DNA of 64,000 nucleotides from NCBI GenBank assembly GCA_013265495.1, contig MU058054.1:496001-560000 (forward strand), given 5' to 3'. The notes under the pieces were generated by a model. That model worked only from the letters and a program-made list of their open reading frames with translations. It was not told where the DNA came from and did not search any database. The position numbers and the translations under genes were made by a program. The DNA is from Vicugna vicugna. Its lineage: Eukaryota. Shown one piece after another: positions 52,101 through 64,000 of the stretch; within the stretch, counting starts at the first letter, position 1; every line of letters begins with the position of its first letter.

Positions 52101-53603
52101 TTGGACTACTTTGACCACTTTTCTGTAAGTCTAAAAATTCAATTCAAATTAAAAAGTTTAGTTTTAAAAACTTGGATTTTAATGGTGCGAGCATCTGGCC
52201 ATAGTTTGGACGGGTGTGAGTAATGCCGCTGCTCAGGGTAGTAGGCACATTGAGCCCGAGCCGGCACTTCAGGGAACCACGACTGTGGCTCAGCTCTTTC
52301 TTTTTATTCCTTGTTGCTGTTTCTGATATAGCAAGATGTTAAAGCTAACTGCATGCTCTATTAATTATATGAAGGTGAACTTGAGTCATATTTGTTACTG
52401 AAGATGATTAATAATTACCAGTTCTGCACACGTTTCTGGTGCATTTCAGTAAATAAACAGGGTACATTGTTGGGTAGTAATTGATTAATTAGCACATTCA
52501 TCCTACACAGCTCAATGGTCTAAGATGCTGAGTTTGAGATATTGCTCATAATTATTACAAGAAACAAATCTGTTCCATTTCTCAGTTTATTCTTCTGTAC
52601 ACTAAGGTTTTTTTTCCTAAATCGAATGTTTAATGGTTCAAAACCTTATAGGTTTTATTCAGATAAATCAACTCATGAAAAATTGCTAGTCATAACCTCA
52701 GAATCTTGTTTTTGTGTGAACTAGGGTGAAAACTTTTACAAGGCTAATTTTAACATTAGATCTTGCTGTTAAACTGGATCAAATTCTGTAAATATAGGGC
52801 ACTTTCCCACCATGCAGGAAATGCTCATTGAGCACCTATGCGCAACAGGGGCACTGGAATCTCATTTGCTTCCCAACCACATCAAATAAGCTCAGGACTG
52901 CAAGTGTTGTCGGGGTGGCACTTCGCAGCGCCAAGTGAATATACTGTGTAATCTTCAGAGAAGTTTAGCAGCATGTATTGGTCACTGTTTAAACTATGCA
53001 GCAAGTTAGGCCCCCCCTCCAAGTTATTGACCCAGTGTGTCATTGAGAGAGAGTGTGGCTGAGACAGCTTTAGACAGGGAGTCAGGAGCCCTGGGTTCTA
53101 GTCTATCTATATTCTTTCTTGAAGAAGCCTTGTGACTCTAGGCACATCATTACTCCCTTCCCTAAGTTTGAATCAGAGCTCTCTATTGCTGGTTTTATTA
53201 TTTGGGGAAAATTATTTAATCTCTCTGAGTTTCTGCTCTGTTTGCATGAGTAGATATGGCACTAAAGTCATGGTCTGGTGTGAATTCTAGAATATTCAGA
53301 CTAAGAATATTAAGCTTAGACTAAAACATTCAATTCACGGTGCTAGGGAACATGCCATTGCTATCTGGTGACAGCTTTGGGACCTTGGAGCAGGGAGGTG
53401 GTTATGATATTCCCAGGCTATGTTCCTAAGTTCATTATCACTTTGGATAGCAGAACTTATAACGCAGAAATTAGTATTTTTCTTTCCCAACCTACCCCAA
53501 ATTAGATTTTTGTTTTACTTGCTTCATTATTTAAAAAAAGGAAAAGTTCATTTTAAGACAGAAAATACAGAAAGAAAAAACTCCACCGTTAAGAAGTAAG
53601 CAC

Positions 53604-53881
53604 AGTTACTCACAGACATAGAAAACAAACTTGGTTACCAGCAGGGGAAGAGGGGAGGAAGGGATAAATTGGGAGTTTGAGATTTGCAGATACTAACTAT
53701 ATAAAATAGGTAAACAAGTTTATACTGTACAGCACAGGGAACTATGTTCGCATCTTATATTGACCTACAATGAAGAAGATATAAAAATGAATATATGTAT
53801 GTATATGTATGACTGAAGCGCTGTGCTGTACACTAGAAATTGACACAACATTGTAAACTGACTATACTTCAATTAAAAAAA
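53604..53881 (+). mobile_element. Young L1 3' end with TSD
   Basis: TSD AAGAAGTAAGCAC at 53591-53603 and 53882-53894; gggataaattgggagtttgagatttgcagatact..gaaattgacacaacattgtaaactgactatacttcaattaaaaaa. Confidence 0.85.
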
Positions 53882-54064
53882 AAGAAGTAAGCACTGTTAA
53901 CATTTTGGGGATTATCCTTACAGTTCTGTGTGTGTGTGTGTGTGTACATATATGTATACATTTTTAAAAAGTCATAATTTGGAGTCATAGATTTCATGCT
54001 GTTTTAAAAATGCTTCTTTACTTAATGATAATTAAATATCATTTCATTTTCTTCTAACGATACC

Positions 54065-54650
54065 TGTTTTTTCATGAACAGCTTTTTGAGGTATAATTGA
54101 TATTCAAACACTGCACATACTTAAGGTGTACAGTCTGATAAGTTTTGACATACATATGCATCCAAGAAACCACTCTCACAAATCAACATAGTGAAGCCCC
54201 AGAATTTTCTTTCTGCCCCTTTGTAATCCTCCTGCTCCTCCCCTTCTCTACCATCCCACTTCCCACCCCCAAGCACTATTGATCTGATTTTTGTCACCAT
54301 AGTTTGCATTTTCTAAAATGCTATATAAATGGGTATGTACTTTTTTTAATCTGAAAATTTTCATTCAGCATAATTATATTGAGATTCATCCATGTCTCTG
54401 AGTTTATCAACAGTTCACTCCTTTTTATTGCTAAGTAGTATTCCATTGTAAGGATATCCCACAATTTGTTTATCCATCCACCTGTTGTTGGACATTTGGG
54501 TTGTTTCCAGTTTGGGGCTATTACACATAAAGCTGCTGTGAACATTTATGTACAAGTCTTTATATGCTTTCTTTTCTCTTGGGTAAACGACTAGGAGTGG
54601 ATTGGCTGGATTATATATTAAGTGTAGTAACATGATTTTCTAAATGGCTA
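54065..54650 (-). mobile_element. L1M 3' fragment
   Basis: ttgaggtataattga, ttgagattcatccatg, gttgtttccagtttggggctatta. Confidence 0.8.
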
Positions 54651-57600
54651 TATAGAGGTCCTTTATGTAGCTATTTATAATTTTTAAGTAATACTCTTTA
54701 TTTTTGAACATTTAGACTTTTCTGATTTTTTATTATTGTTGCAAATGATCTATCATTTTTGGCTTAGGAATGTGGCTATAGATCTTCAATTTGGGGGAAA
54801 AAAACCCAAGCTAATGAGTAGAAAGGCATAGTAAAGGGAATCTGGAGATAACGTGTATGTTGTTAGATAATTTTGAGTTCTTCCATGATTGCAAAACAAG
54901 TATTTAGTGTTCTTTGCTGGGAAGGAAAGTGGCATAAATCTTTAAATGAACCAAAATTTGAATTTGAAGTTGAAGTTTATTTTGCAACCAATGGAAGGTC
55001 TGCCGTTTTGTTGTCAAGTTTATGGAACCATGATTTCATCACAACATTACTTATGAGGCAACTGCAGTAAACTTAGGTGTGGCCTTTTGTTTCTGGGAGC
55101 TATAATTAGCCATCTGGTATACTTTTTAACATTTTTGTTAAATAAAAAAAATCTTAAAATGTAGCATTTTACTCACTTCCCTCTCTCTCCATACATACAT
55201 ACACACACATACATGATATATATGGTGACAAATGAGGAAGTGAAGCAAAATGTTTACAGAAAGGTAAAGAAATGCCTGAGGGGAACCACCGTCATCAAAC
55301 TCCCCAAACCAAAAACACACACGCAGAGATGCCAAAGCTGTATTCCTCTGTGCTACATTTAGGGTCTTCTTATAACAAAACAAAAGTTGTTTTTACCAAC
55401 AGATTTTTAAACAGCAGGGACATGCTTATTATTTACTGTTTTGGTATCTTTCCCTCATTTACATAAATACCCCAGAAACCAGCAGTTCAAAACTAATAAA
55501 AGCCAGGGCCCTCCATCAAGTGCAATAAAGTTTCATAACCATGAGTTAGACTGTTAGAGTGAAAAATAAACCTATATATGTGGTTATGAAAGGATTTCTT
55601 TGGAAAGTGTATAATCACATTTCAAAGTTAGAACTTCCATTGGAAGTTGCAGTGTAATAATAATACTTAAACATTTATGCAGAATGCTTCGTCTTTGAGA
55701 CTTTCCCAACATTGGCCAATCAATCTCTGCTGCTTCCCTAAGGAGCAGGTAGGTATAAACTATCTGCCATTTTCTAGTTAGAAAATTGGGAAAGGGATGG
55801 CCAGCTCAGAGAGACGGAGGACTGGAGAGACAAGGTTCTGGTCCTTTTTATTCTGTGACTCTTTGGGATGTAACTCCTAATAGAATGCCTCAGTTTTCTG
55901 TTCCACATCAATGAACTCATCAACAAAACAAAGATGTGAATAGTAGCTCAATCTGCCTCAGGCTTTTAGACACAGTCCTTATATTCCAGAGGTACACCTT
56001 TTGGAAAGACTGGGATACAGAAAAGATACAGAAGACCCACAGTGCATTCATTTCATCAGCACTTTGAATGGATGGGACCAAACTTCTTCCAGTGAGAAAG
56101 GCAAAGTCAGATGCTTCCTTCTTCCCAGCAACCTCTGCCCTCACATTATCCTGGCAACTTAATTTCTATTTTTCCAAATAAGATTTACTATGATTAGTGC
56201 ATTTAAAGAGTTGAACAAATTTGCTGTGCACATTAAAGCCAGAGGAACAGTATAATAAAACTAATGAACATTTACATTTTTGGAAATATAATTAATGTAA
56301 GCTTGTGAAATTCTGAAAGATAAACATTTAAATGTTAAAATACTTACTACCTTCCCCACAGGGACAGTGTTGGAAATTAATGAGATAACAAATGTAAAGT
56401 GCTTTAAGCTCTTTAGAAGAAAGGTGCCAGATAAATACAAATGGTTGTTAATTGTTAAAGCTATCAGATGGTTACTAATATATTACTTAGGACAAAATGC
56501 ATATTTTCATACTTGAAAATAGGATGCTTGCAATCCTATTTAAGATGATATAGCTAAAGTAATGCTCCTCAAACTCCTCCCAGGTTACTTTTACATCTTG
56601 TTGCAAGTCCTTTCTTAACCTTCCCCCAGTTCCTTGACTTAGTATCCATCTTTTGAGTAAAACTATAAGGCATGATTTCCCAGCTTTCAAACTCTCCTGT
56701 ACCTTCCCATCATCAGTCTTCCACCAAAGTCTTAAAGATCCAACACCATAAGAGTTTCCACAGACACCATTTCTTCTGATTTCTCCAGTCATATAGTTGT
56801 GATGCTTCACAGTGCTGTGAGTTGTCCACATTTATGTTATTAGCAGTAAACATGTAAATTAAACTTCTTTTAAGCAACACACTAGAATGTGTTATTAAAG
56901 ACTGTAAGTCCTTTGCATGATCTGGGACAAGGGAAATTGAACTTTCTACGTTATACAAAAAGGTAGGATTTGTGGTAAAAGAGTTTAAATCCCATTTTTT
57001 TTTTAATTTAGCCTGAAACATGGAGTGAGATACCCTCACTACATCTCAGTTCCCTCATGTAAAACGAGGGCAGGAGTAGTATTTTCCTAACGGGGTTGTT
57101 GGAAAGATGCAACAAAAGAACGTATATAAAGCTTCGAGTACAGTACCCACCTAGCCAGTAATGTGTTCAATAAAAGGTAAATGTAAGTAAATAGTGGAAG
57201 GTAGGGAAGTAGGCAGCACAATTTGTCATTAAATATCATCAATCTGGTTTCTTTAAAATCAGTATAAAATAGGTAGTATGTGAAGGGAGATACTTACCAT
57301 CCAATAGTGAGCTCCTAAATGACTAGTAAAATTTGCTTCTCAACCCATCCCAAACATTCCATATTAAACAGTGGATCCTTTCTCATGCAAAGATAGCTCT
57401 ACTGTCAAATGTATGCTTCTCCCAAAATCTGGGAAAATGGCACATCATTTAAAAAAAATCCTCTTATCGACAAAGATTTCAGTTTCCTATTTAGAATGGT
57501 GAAAGTTCATTAATTTGTCTTGATTAATTTATGTTTTGGATGCATCGTACACATACACTTTTTTTTTCAAACTTTCCTTAGTTTACTGATAGCACAGTAT

Positions 57601-59378
57601 CTTTGCTATACATATATGCTAAAAGATAATGGACTGTCTTCTTTTCAAATGTTCTGTAATTAAAACATTTCACTAATTTAATCTGGTCCTCTGGCTTCTT
57701 TCCCTTAATTACTTGAAGTGATTGTTTTATTATACCAATTTTTCTCCTCTGGTTTTTGAAGCCGTAGCTTTTTAGGTAGAGGACCTGACTCCCAGTCAAC
57801 TTTCTGGTGAGAACTAAATCTGAATGTATGGCCTGAATTTGGAAACAGGCATTCTGTGGTATATGTTAATGACAGAGGCGAAAGAGAATGCATTGTTTGA
57901 GAAACCGATCATGTGGGTAAAAAACCAAAAAACAAACAAACAAAAAAGGTACCAGAGAGTGAACTCATTTTACTACTGCCAGCAGCTTGAGGCTCAAGAG
58001 TGCTAATCAAAATTCACATATAAAACTTCCCTGATTGATTTAGCAGTTTTGTGCTGTTGAGAAAGGGAATCTCACCATGTGAAAGATCCACTGCTGTGCT
58101 GAACAAAACAGAGACAGTTTTCTTTTAAAGTCCTGAGCAGATGAGAGCCATAAGGAGACAGAGGGTTTCATTTACTCTCAGGACACGATTGTGCCAGTGA
58201 ACTAATGAGTCTCTTGGACCTTATGTTGCTCTGGCTTCAATCGAGGCGAGACTCTAATGGGCATGTAGTACTTCCTATCCGTCAAGTGTCTGGACAGTGG
58301 GCCCCTCATATGGATTAGAGCGATCTGGCAAGAAAAAGAGGTCATCGTTGTACCTAGCCCAGGCAGGAAACCTGGCTAGCTAATGTATTTCCAACTATAG
58401 CAAAATAAGAGCTCACACACACACACACACACACGTTAATTTTATTGCAGAAACTCAACCTATGGCTGAGGCATAGTTAACACATTATTGGAATTCCATA
58501 GGTAATAAACGCCCCTCTTTTCCTCAACACATTCAGATATTTTTAAAGATATAAAAGGCCATTCTTTAAAACAGCTCTGTGATTTTGGTGTTGTGACTTG
58601 CATATTTCACCCTTCAGTAAAGCTGGATGATGTAGAAATATTTTGAACAATTATAATTACAAGCAAATGCTCAGAGTTAGTATCAACACTGCATAATTTT
58701 AACAATTTACCCTTTAAAAGGTACTGTTGAATTGAGCTTGTAAAAACACTACTGCTGTATTAAATGGAGAACTAGAGAATACAAATGTTTATTCAAGCTA
58801 GAGCTGAGTTACTCTGTCCCAAACTAAGAGCAGATACTGCCACCTAGATACATTCTTGTGCTTTAGTTAACTAGATGTTGGCTTATCTTACTTTTTGAAA
58901 AATGGTAACAACAAACAGTAGTGGCTTGGTACAATAAAAATACAATAATTGATAAAGGGTCACTCTTAAAAATCCATATAAATGTAGTTTTCTTGGAAAA
59001 AAAGACATTGTGTTTTGCCAAATAGCGATGATTAAGCCTTTATTCAATTTTTTAAATGCAGAAGACAAATTACTATTGGAAATAGGAGGGAAACAACTTT
59101 ATAAAACATTAAAAAAAAAAGCTCCGTAATCCTGAAATTTACAAAGCAGTAGAGGCAGAAGTGATAATAGTAACCCTTGTAACTTTTTTGACAAATTATT
59201 TCTTCCTGAGTTTGAGAAGAGGAAGAGATTGTTTAATACTTTCAAATGAAAACGCAAATAGGTTTTGGTCTAATAAGTAAAATAACATCACTTAATAAAA
59301 TTTTTTCTAAAAAGAATTACATTATAATCTGTTCTAATACACCTCCTAGCAAACAAAGCAAACTGACTTCCCCCACCT

Positions 59379-59384
59379 TTTATT
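59379..59384 (-). terminator. Candidate IQCH polyadenylation signal AATAAA
   Basis: tttatt on + strand ~70 nt after the stop. Confidence 0.5.
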
Positions 59385-59455
59385 CCTAATAGCAAAATAA
59401 ATGTTGCCTTTTTTGGCTCCAGGTTGGAATGAAAAATCAGTAATGTATTCCAGGA

Positions 59456-59581
59456 TCATTCATTTGTCAGGTTTAGAGAGATTTTTTTTTTTTTATCATC
59501 TTTGGACTCTAGCTTTTCTTCAAATCTAATTTTGTTTTCCTCTGTTACTCCTAGAATGTCTTCAATGTCATCAATGGTGGT
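59456..59581 (-). CDS. IQCH: IQCH last coding exon: TTIDDIEDILGVTEENKIRFEEKLESKDDKKKKISLNLTNE* as assembled
   Basis: Acceptor tttacag| at 59582; phase 0 matches the previous exon; similar to the IQCH C-terminus. The stop depends on the A13 run length (alternative TGA at 59460-59462). Confidence 0.88.
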   Translation of the reverse strand, partial: TTIDDIEDILGVTEENKIRFEEKLESKDDKKKKISLNLTNE

Positions 59582-60079
59582 CTGTAAATGAACAGTAAAA
59601 ATAATCCTTGTTACTTAAAAACTTATTACAAGTCTTCCACCCAGCCCCTCAAGCATTTGCTCCTTTTTGGAGTTAAGTATGGTGTAGAACAGTTCTACTC
59701 AAAGTGTGTTCCACTAACCAGCACCCCTCTAAAATTGTTGGTTATCAGTCTTAATGAAATAAGCAAAAAGATTGAGAGTAAGAATTTGGAAGCCTTTATA
59801 GAAATTTTTATGTCTATTAAATCTAATAATAAAAAATATGCTCCTATTTCATGTGTCTTCAGTTTTTTCATTTCATTTTTCTAGGAATTCATTTTGTTGT
59901 ATTTTACAAAAGTATTGATCCACTCACTATAGGTCGGAAAAAAACAAAACAAACAGGTCCTTCACTACGTATAATTTGAGGTCCACTGGTCTAGTCAGCC
60001 TGGAATGAAGGCTAGTAGGCTGATGGGAGAATTTATTTCCACTGGTTTTGGGGAGAAAAAATGGCACCTTTCCATTTTA

Positions 60080-61710
60080 TTTTATTTAGTTATTTTTTAT
60101 TGAGGTAGAATTCCTATACCATAAAATACACCCTTATAAAATGAATAATTCAGTGGTTTTAGTATATTCATAAGCAACCACCACTAGTATGTTATTCCAA
60201 GACATTTTCATCACCCCAAGTATAAACTTTATACCCATTAGCTGCCATTCCCCATTTTCTCCCTCTCCTGGCTCCTGGCAACCTCTAATCTCTTTTCTAT
60301 CTCATTAATGATTTGCCTACCTGGATATTTCATGTAAATGCAGTCATACAATATGTGGCCTCTTGTGTCTTAGCATAATGTTTTCAAGGTTCATCCATGT
60401 TGTAACGTGGATCAGAACTTAATTTCCTCTTTATGGCTAAATAATATTTCATTATATTATACCTATTTTCACTTTGGTTGGTTGCACTTTAGGTATTATG
60501 CCTAAGAAGCCATCGCTAGCCACAAGGTGATGAAGATTTATACCTGTGTTTTCTTCTAAGAGTTTAACAGCTTTAGCTCTTACACTTGTGTCTTTGATCC
60601 ATTTTTACTTAATTTTTGTATGTGCTATAGAATAGAGAGGTATAACTTCATTCATTTATATGTGGATATCCACTTGTCCCAGCATCATTTGTCAAAAAGA
60701 CTGTTCTTTTCCCATTAAATAGTTTTGACACCCTTGTTGAAAACCAGTTGCCTGTAAATGAAGGAGTGTCTTTTGGACTCTCAGTTCTATTCCATTGATC
60801 TATATGTCTGTTCTTATGATAGTATCACACAGTCTTGATTACTGTAGCTTTGTAGTAAGTTTTAATATTGAGAAGCCCTCTAACTTGGTTCTTCTTTTTC
60901 AAGGTTATTTTGACTATTCTGAGTCTCTTGCATTTCCACATGAATTTTAGGATTGCCTTGTCAGTTTCTGCAATAAAGCCAGCTGGGATTTTGATAGAAC
61001 TTGCATTGACTCTGTGGATCAATTTGGAGAGTACTGCCTTTTTAACAATGTTAAGTCTTCCATTCCATGAACACAGAATATCTTTCCATTTACTTAGGTC
61101 TCCTTTCTTTTATGATGTTTTACAGTTTTCAGTGGATAGGTCTTATACTTTTTCTGTTAAACTTATTTCTAAATATTTTTTTCTTTTTGATTTTTAAAAA
61201 ATTGATTTAAAATTAGTTTTTGATTATTCAAAAATTGATTTAAAATTACTTTTTGATTATTCATTGCTATTGTATAGAGATATAATTGATCTGGTATATT
61301 GATCTTGAGTCTTGCAACCTTGCTGAATTTATTTAAAAACTCTTAATAGATTGTTTCTTGGTTCCTTAGGATTTTCTACGTATAAGATCATGCCTGCTGT
61401 GAGCAGAGATAATTTTGCTTCCTTCTTTCCAATCTGGATGCCTTTTATTTCTTTTTCTTGCCCAACTGCCCTGGCTGGAACCTCCACTACAATGATGAAT
61501 AGAAGCGGTGAGAGCAGATATCCTTGTCTTGCTCCTGATCTTGGAGGGAAAGCTTTCAGTCTTGCACCATTAACTATAACATTAGCTGTGGGGTTTTCCT
61601 AGGTGCCCTTATCAGGTTAAGGCAGTTACTTTTTATTCCTAGTTTGTTTGAGTGTTTTTATCAAGAAATGGTGTTAGATTTTGTTAAACGCTTTTTCTGC
61701 ATCACCTACC
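60080..61710 (-). mobile_element. L1M fragment (3' UTR joined to ORF2 segment)
   Basis: ORF 60825-61022 (-) IKIPAGFIAETDKAILKFMWKCKRLRIVK...YYKATVIKTV is L1 ORF2-like. Confidence 0.88.
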
Positions 61711-62137
61711 ATTTTTATTCAGCCTTTACTTTGCTAGTAAATCCTTGTTTACAAGCTGAAAATCCTTATTAGACTGTCATTAGGGTTGTAGATAGAAAAT
61801 GCTACCAAATACCAAATACTACCAAAAACAAATCTTATCTACTTTTCAAGTTTAAAACAATTATTCCAATTTTGTTGAGATTTAAACTTACCTTTAGACT
61901 TTCTAGCAAGTGTAAAAAAAAATCAAGATAACAATGATTCACATGAGAAGGCTAGAAACCATGAGATATTTAAAAGCTACTTAAGAGCATATGACTTTTG
62001 ATGATTTTGACTTGATTTTGCCCTTCAGACAAAGGGCAGAGAAAGAGCCTTTATTTTGTCAACAGTAGTTGGCTCTGCCAACCTCAAGTCCATGCTCGGA
62101 GTCTACTAACTCTGTGTGGTTTTGGGGATAAATCATC

Positions 62138-62577
62138 TGTCTTAGTCTGCCCAGGCTGCTAGAACAAAATACCATAGACAGGGTGGCTTAACAACAATTT
62201 ATTTTGCACATTTCTGGAGGCTGGGAAGTCCAAGGTCAAGGTGTTAGCTGATTCAGTTCCTGGGAATAGCTCTCTTCCTAGTTTGCAGACAGCAGTCTTT
62301 TTGCTGTATCTTCAGATGGTGTGGAAAGAGAGAAAGAGAGAGACAGGGAGGGAGAGAGAGATTAACAGTGTGTGAGAGAGAGAGAGAGAGAGAGAGTGCA
62401 CAAGCATTTTCTCTCTGGTCTCTTACAAGGGCACTCATCCCACCATGAGGAGCCCACCATTCTGACCTCATTTAAATGTAGTTACTTCCCAAAGTCCCCA
62501 TCTTCATAAATCGTCACATCAAGGATGAAGAGTTTAACACATGGATTTTGGGAGGACACACTTCAGTCCACACCACC
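62138..62577 (+). mobile_element. MaLR (MLT1-type) LTR with internal (GA)n
   Basis: tgtcttagtctgcccaggctgctagaacaaaataccataga..ttctggaggctgggaagtccaaggtcaaggtg..gggcactcatccca. Confidence 0.8.
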
Positions 62578-63660
62578 ATCTGATTGTGACTATTAGCTAG
62601 TATTTGGACAGACTAAACTGATCGCGTGCACACAGGCTCAGAATTTTGCACATCACAGTAACAGATGAAATGATGCTAGCAGGCAGGAACTTAGAATATA
62701 AGTGATGAGCATAGATCCTTTAGGACCAGTGAAAGTTGATGCAACACATAAAACCACATTGAAGAACAAAGCATTATTATCATTATTACTGTTACTAGAG
62801 GGACCAGGCATAGTTCAAGGAGAAAAATGTATTCAAAAAGTTTATTTTATCAAGCTTTTTGTCGGGTTTTCCACTGAAGAGAAAAATCACATGTGATTTC
62901 TGATTGAATCCCTTGAGTTACGCGACCCATTCAAACATGATGAAGGCTTAGACTGGGAACCAGGTGCACACTCTGGTGATCAATACCAAGTGTTTGTCTC
63001 TGTTCAGCTGGTACTTTAAAAACCTTCCGACAGATCTTGCTCCTGTTTTCTAGAGTTTGCAGACTTGTAGTCAATTACACATGACTAGGTTTCCTGAACC
63101 AACATCTTTAAAGGACGTTTGGGAGCTTCAAAAGGTTAGTGATGGAACACCTGTCCCACTTTGGCGAAATGGGGAGGAGCAGGTGGCTCACATATACGCT
63201 GAGGTTTTCTTCTGCTTCTCCCTACACACACTGTCCTTCCTGGGGTCTCGGAACTTCTCTGACTTTAGAAACGTGGGCTTCCCAGGAATCCTTAGCCAGA
63301 CGCTGTATTTTCTGAAATATAGGTAGATTATATTCAGGATTTTTGGTTGTGATAGTCTCTGTTTCGGCTCCATTGTGATGGTACAGCTTCGCCTTCAACA
63401 CCGGAAAAGCCCTGTTGTCTTGTAAGCTTAGATTTGGAAATGGAAGCGAGTTAAAACAAGTCTACTATATTTCAAAGAAAAAGTTTCAAACTATTAAATT
63501 TAACTAACGGGTTCAGTGGGAACCTTAAAATATTGACCCTGCACATTGTAAAATATGTACTGCTTACAATGAAAAAAAAATGGTTTAGCACTTGTTTACA
63601 ATACAGCATGAGGTATTTTCAGCCCTTGTATAGAAATTAACCAGGATCGTTAGTTAATTA

Positions 63661-63948
<288 letters not shown>

Positions 63949-64000
63949 TCAACAAAAAGGATTTGTGTAATAAATATTTTTTATTAATCAACTTAGCAGA

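Noticed and set aside
57290..57305. Isolated consensus donor ATG|GTAAGT on the - strand downstream of IQCH
   Set aside because: No matching acceptor or ORF identified; it lies beyond the IQCH stop and poly(A) signal.

Overview
Mammalian genomic DNA, most likely a camelid (a tRNA-Ala-derived vic-1-like SINE and several young L1 3' ends resemble camelid repeats as I recall them). It is syntenic with human 15q23 and carries three minus-strand genes. These are the last two coding exons of IQCH (63670-63778, 59456-59581), the complete two-exon C15orf61 (157 aa; 44830-45175 and 40320-40447, CpG-island promoter), and the promoter plus coding exons 1-3 of MAP2K5/MEK5 (27409-27543, 21305-21353, 9245-9312; the gene continues off the left edge). 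The rest is intronic or intergenic with MIR, L2, L1, CR1/L3, MaLR/ERV LTRs, DNA transposon remnants and a U6 retropseudogene. Most short ORFs in the track are noise. Main unusual observations: (1) a frameshifted ~1.1 kb fossil in MAP2K5 intron 2 (~13520-14620, +) whose collinear motifs resemble the reverse transcriptase of Hero (R2-like) non-LTR retrotransposons, a clade I do not know from mammals; (2) a ~385 bp-arm, ~90%-identical inverted repeat 2-4 kb upstream of MAP2K5 with a modest G:U-compatible mismatch bias; (3) a start-stop uORF just before the MAP2K5 ATG and an apparently donor-less alternative first exon; (4) an A13 run that frameshifts the IQCH C-terminus. All family assignments are by eye and from memory; no searches were run.
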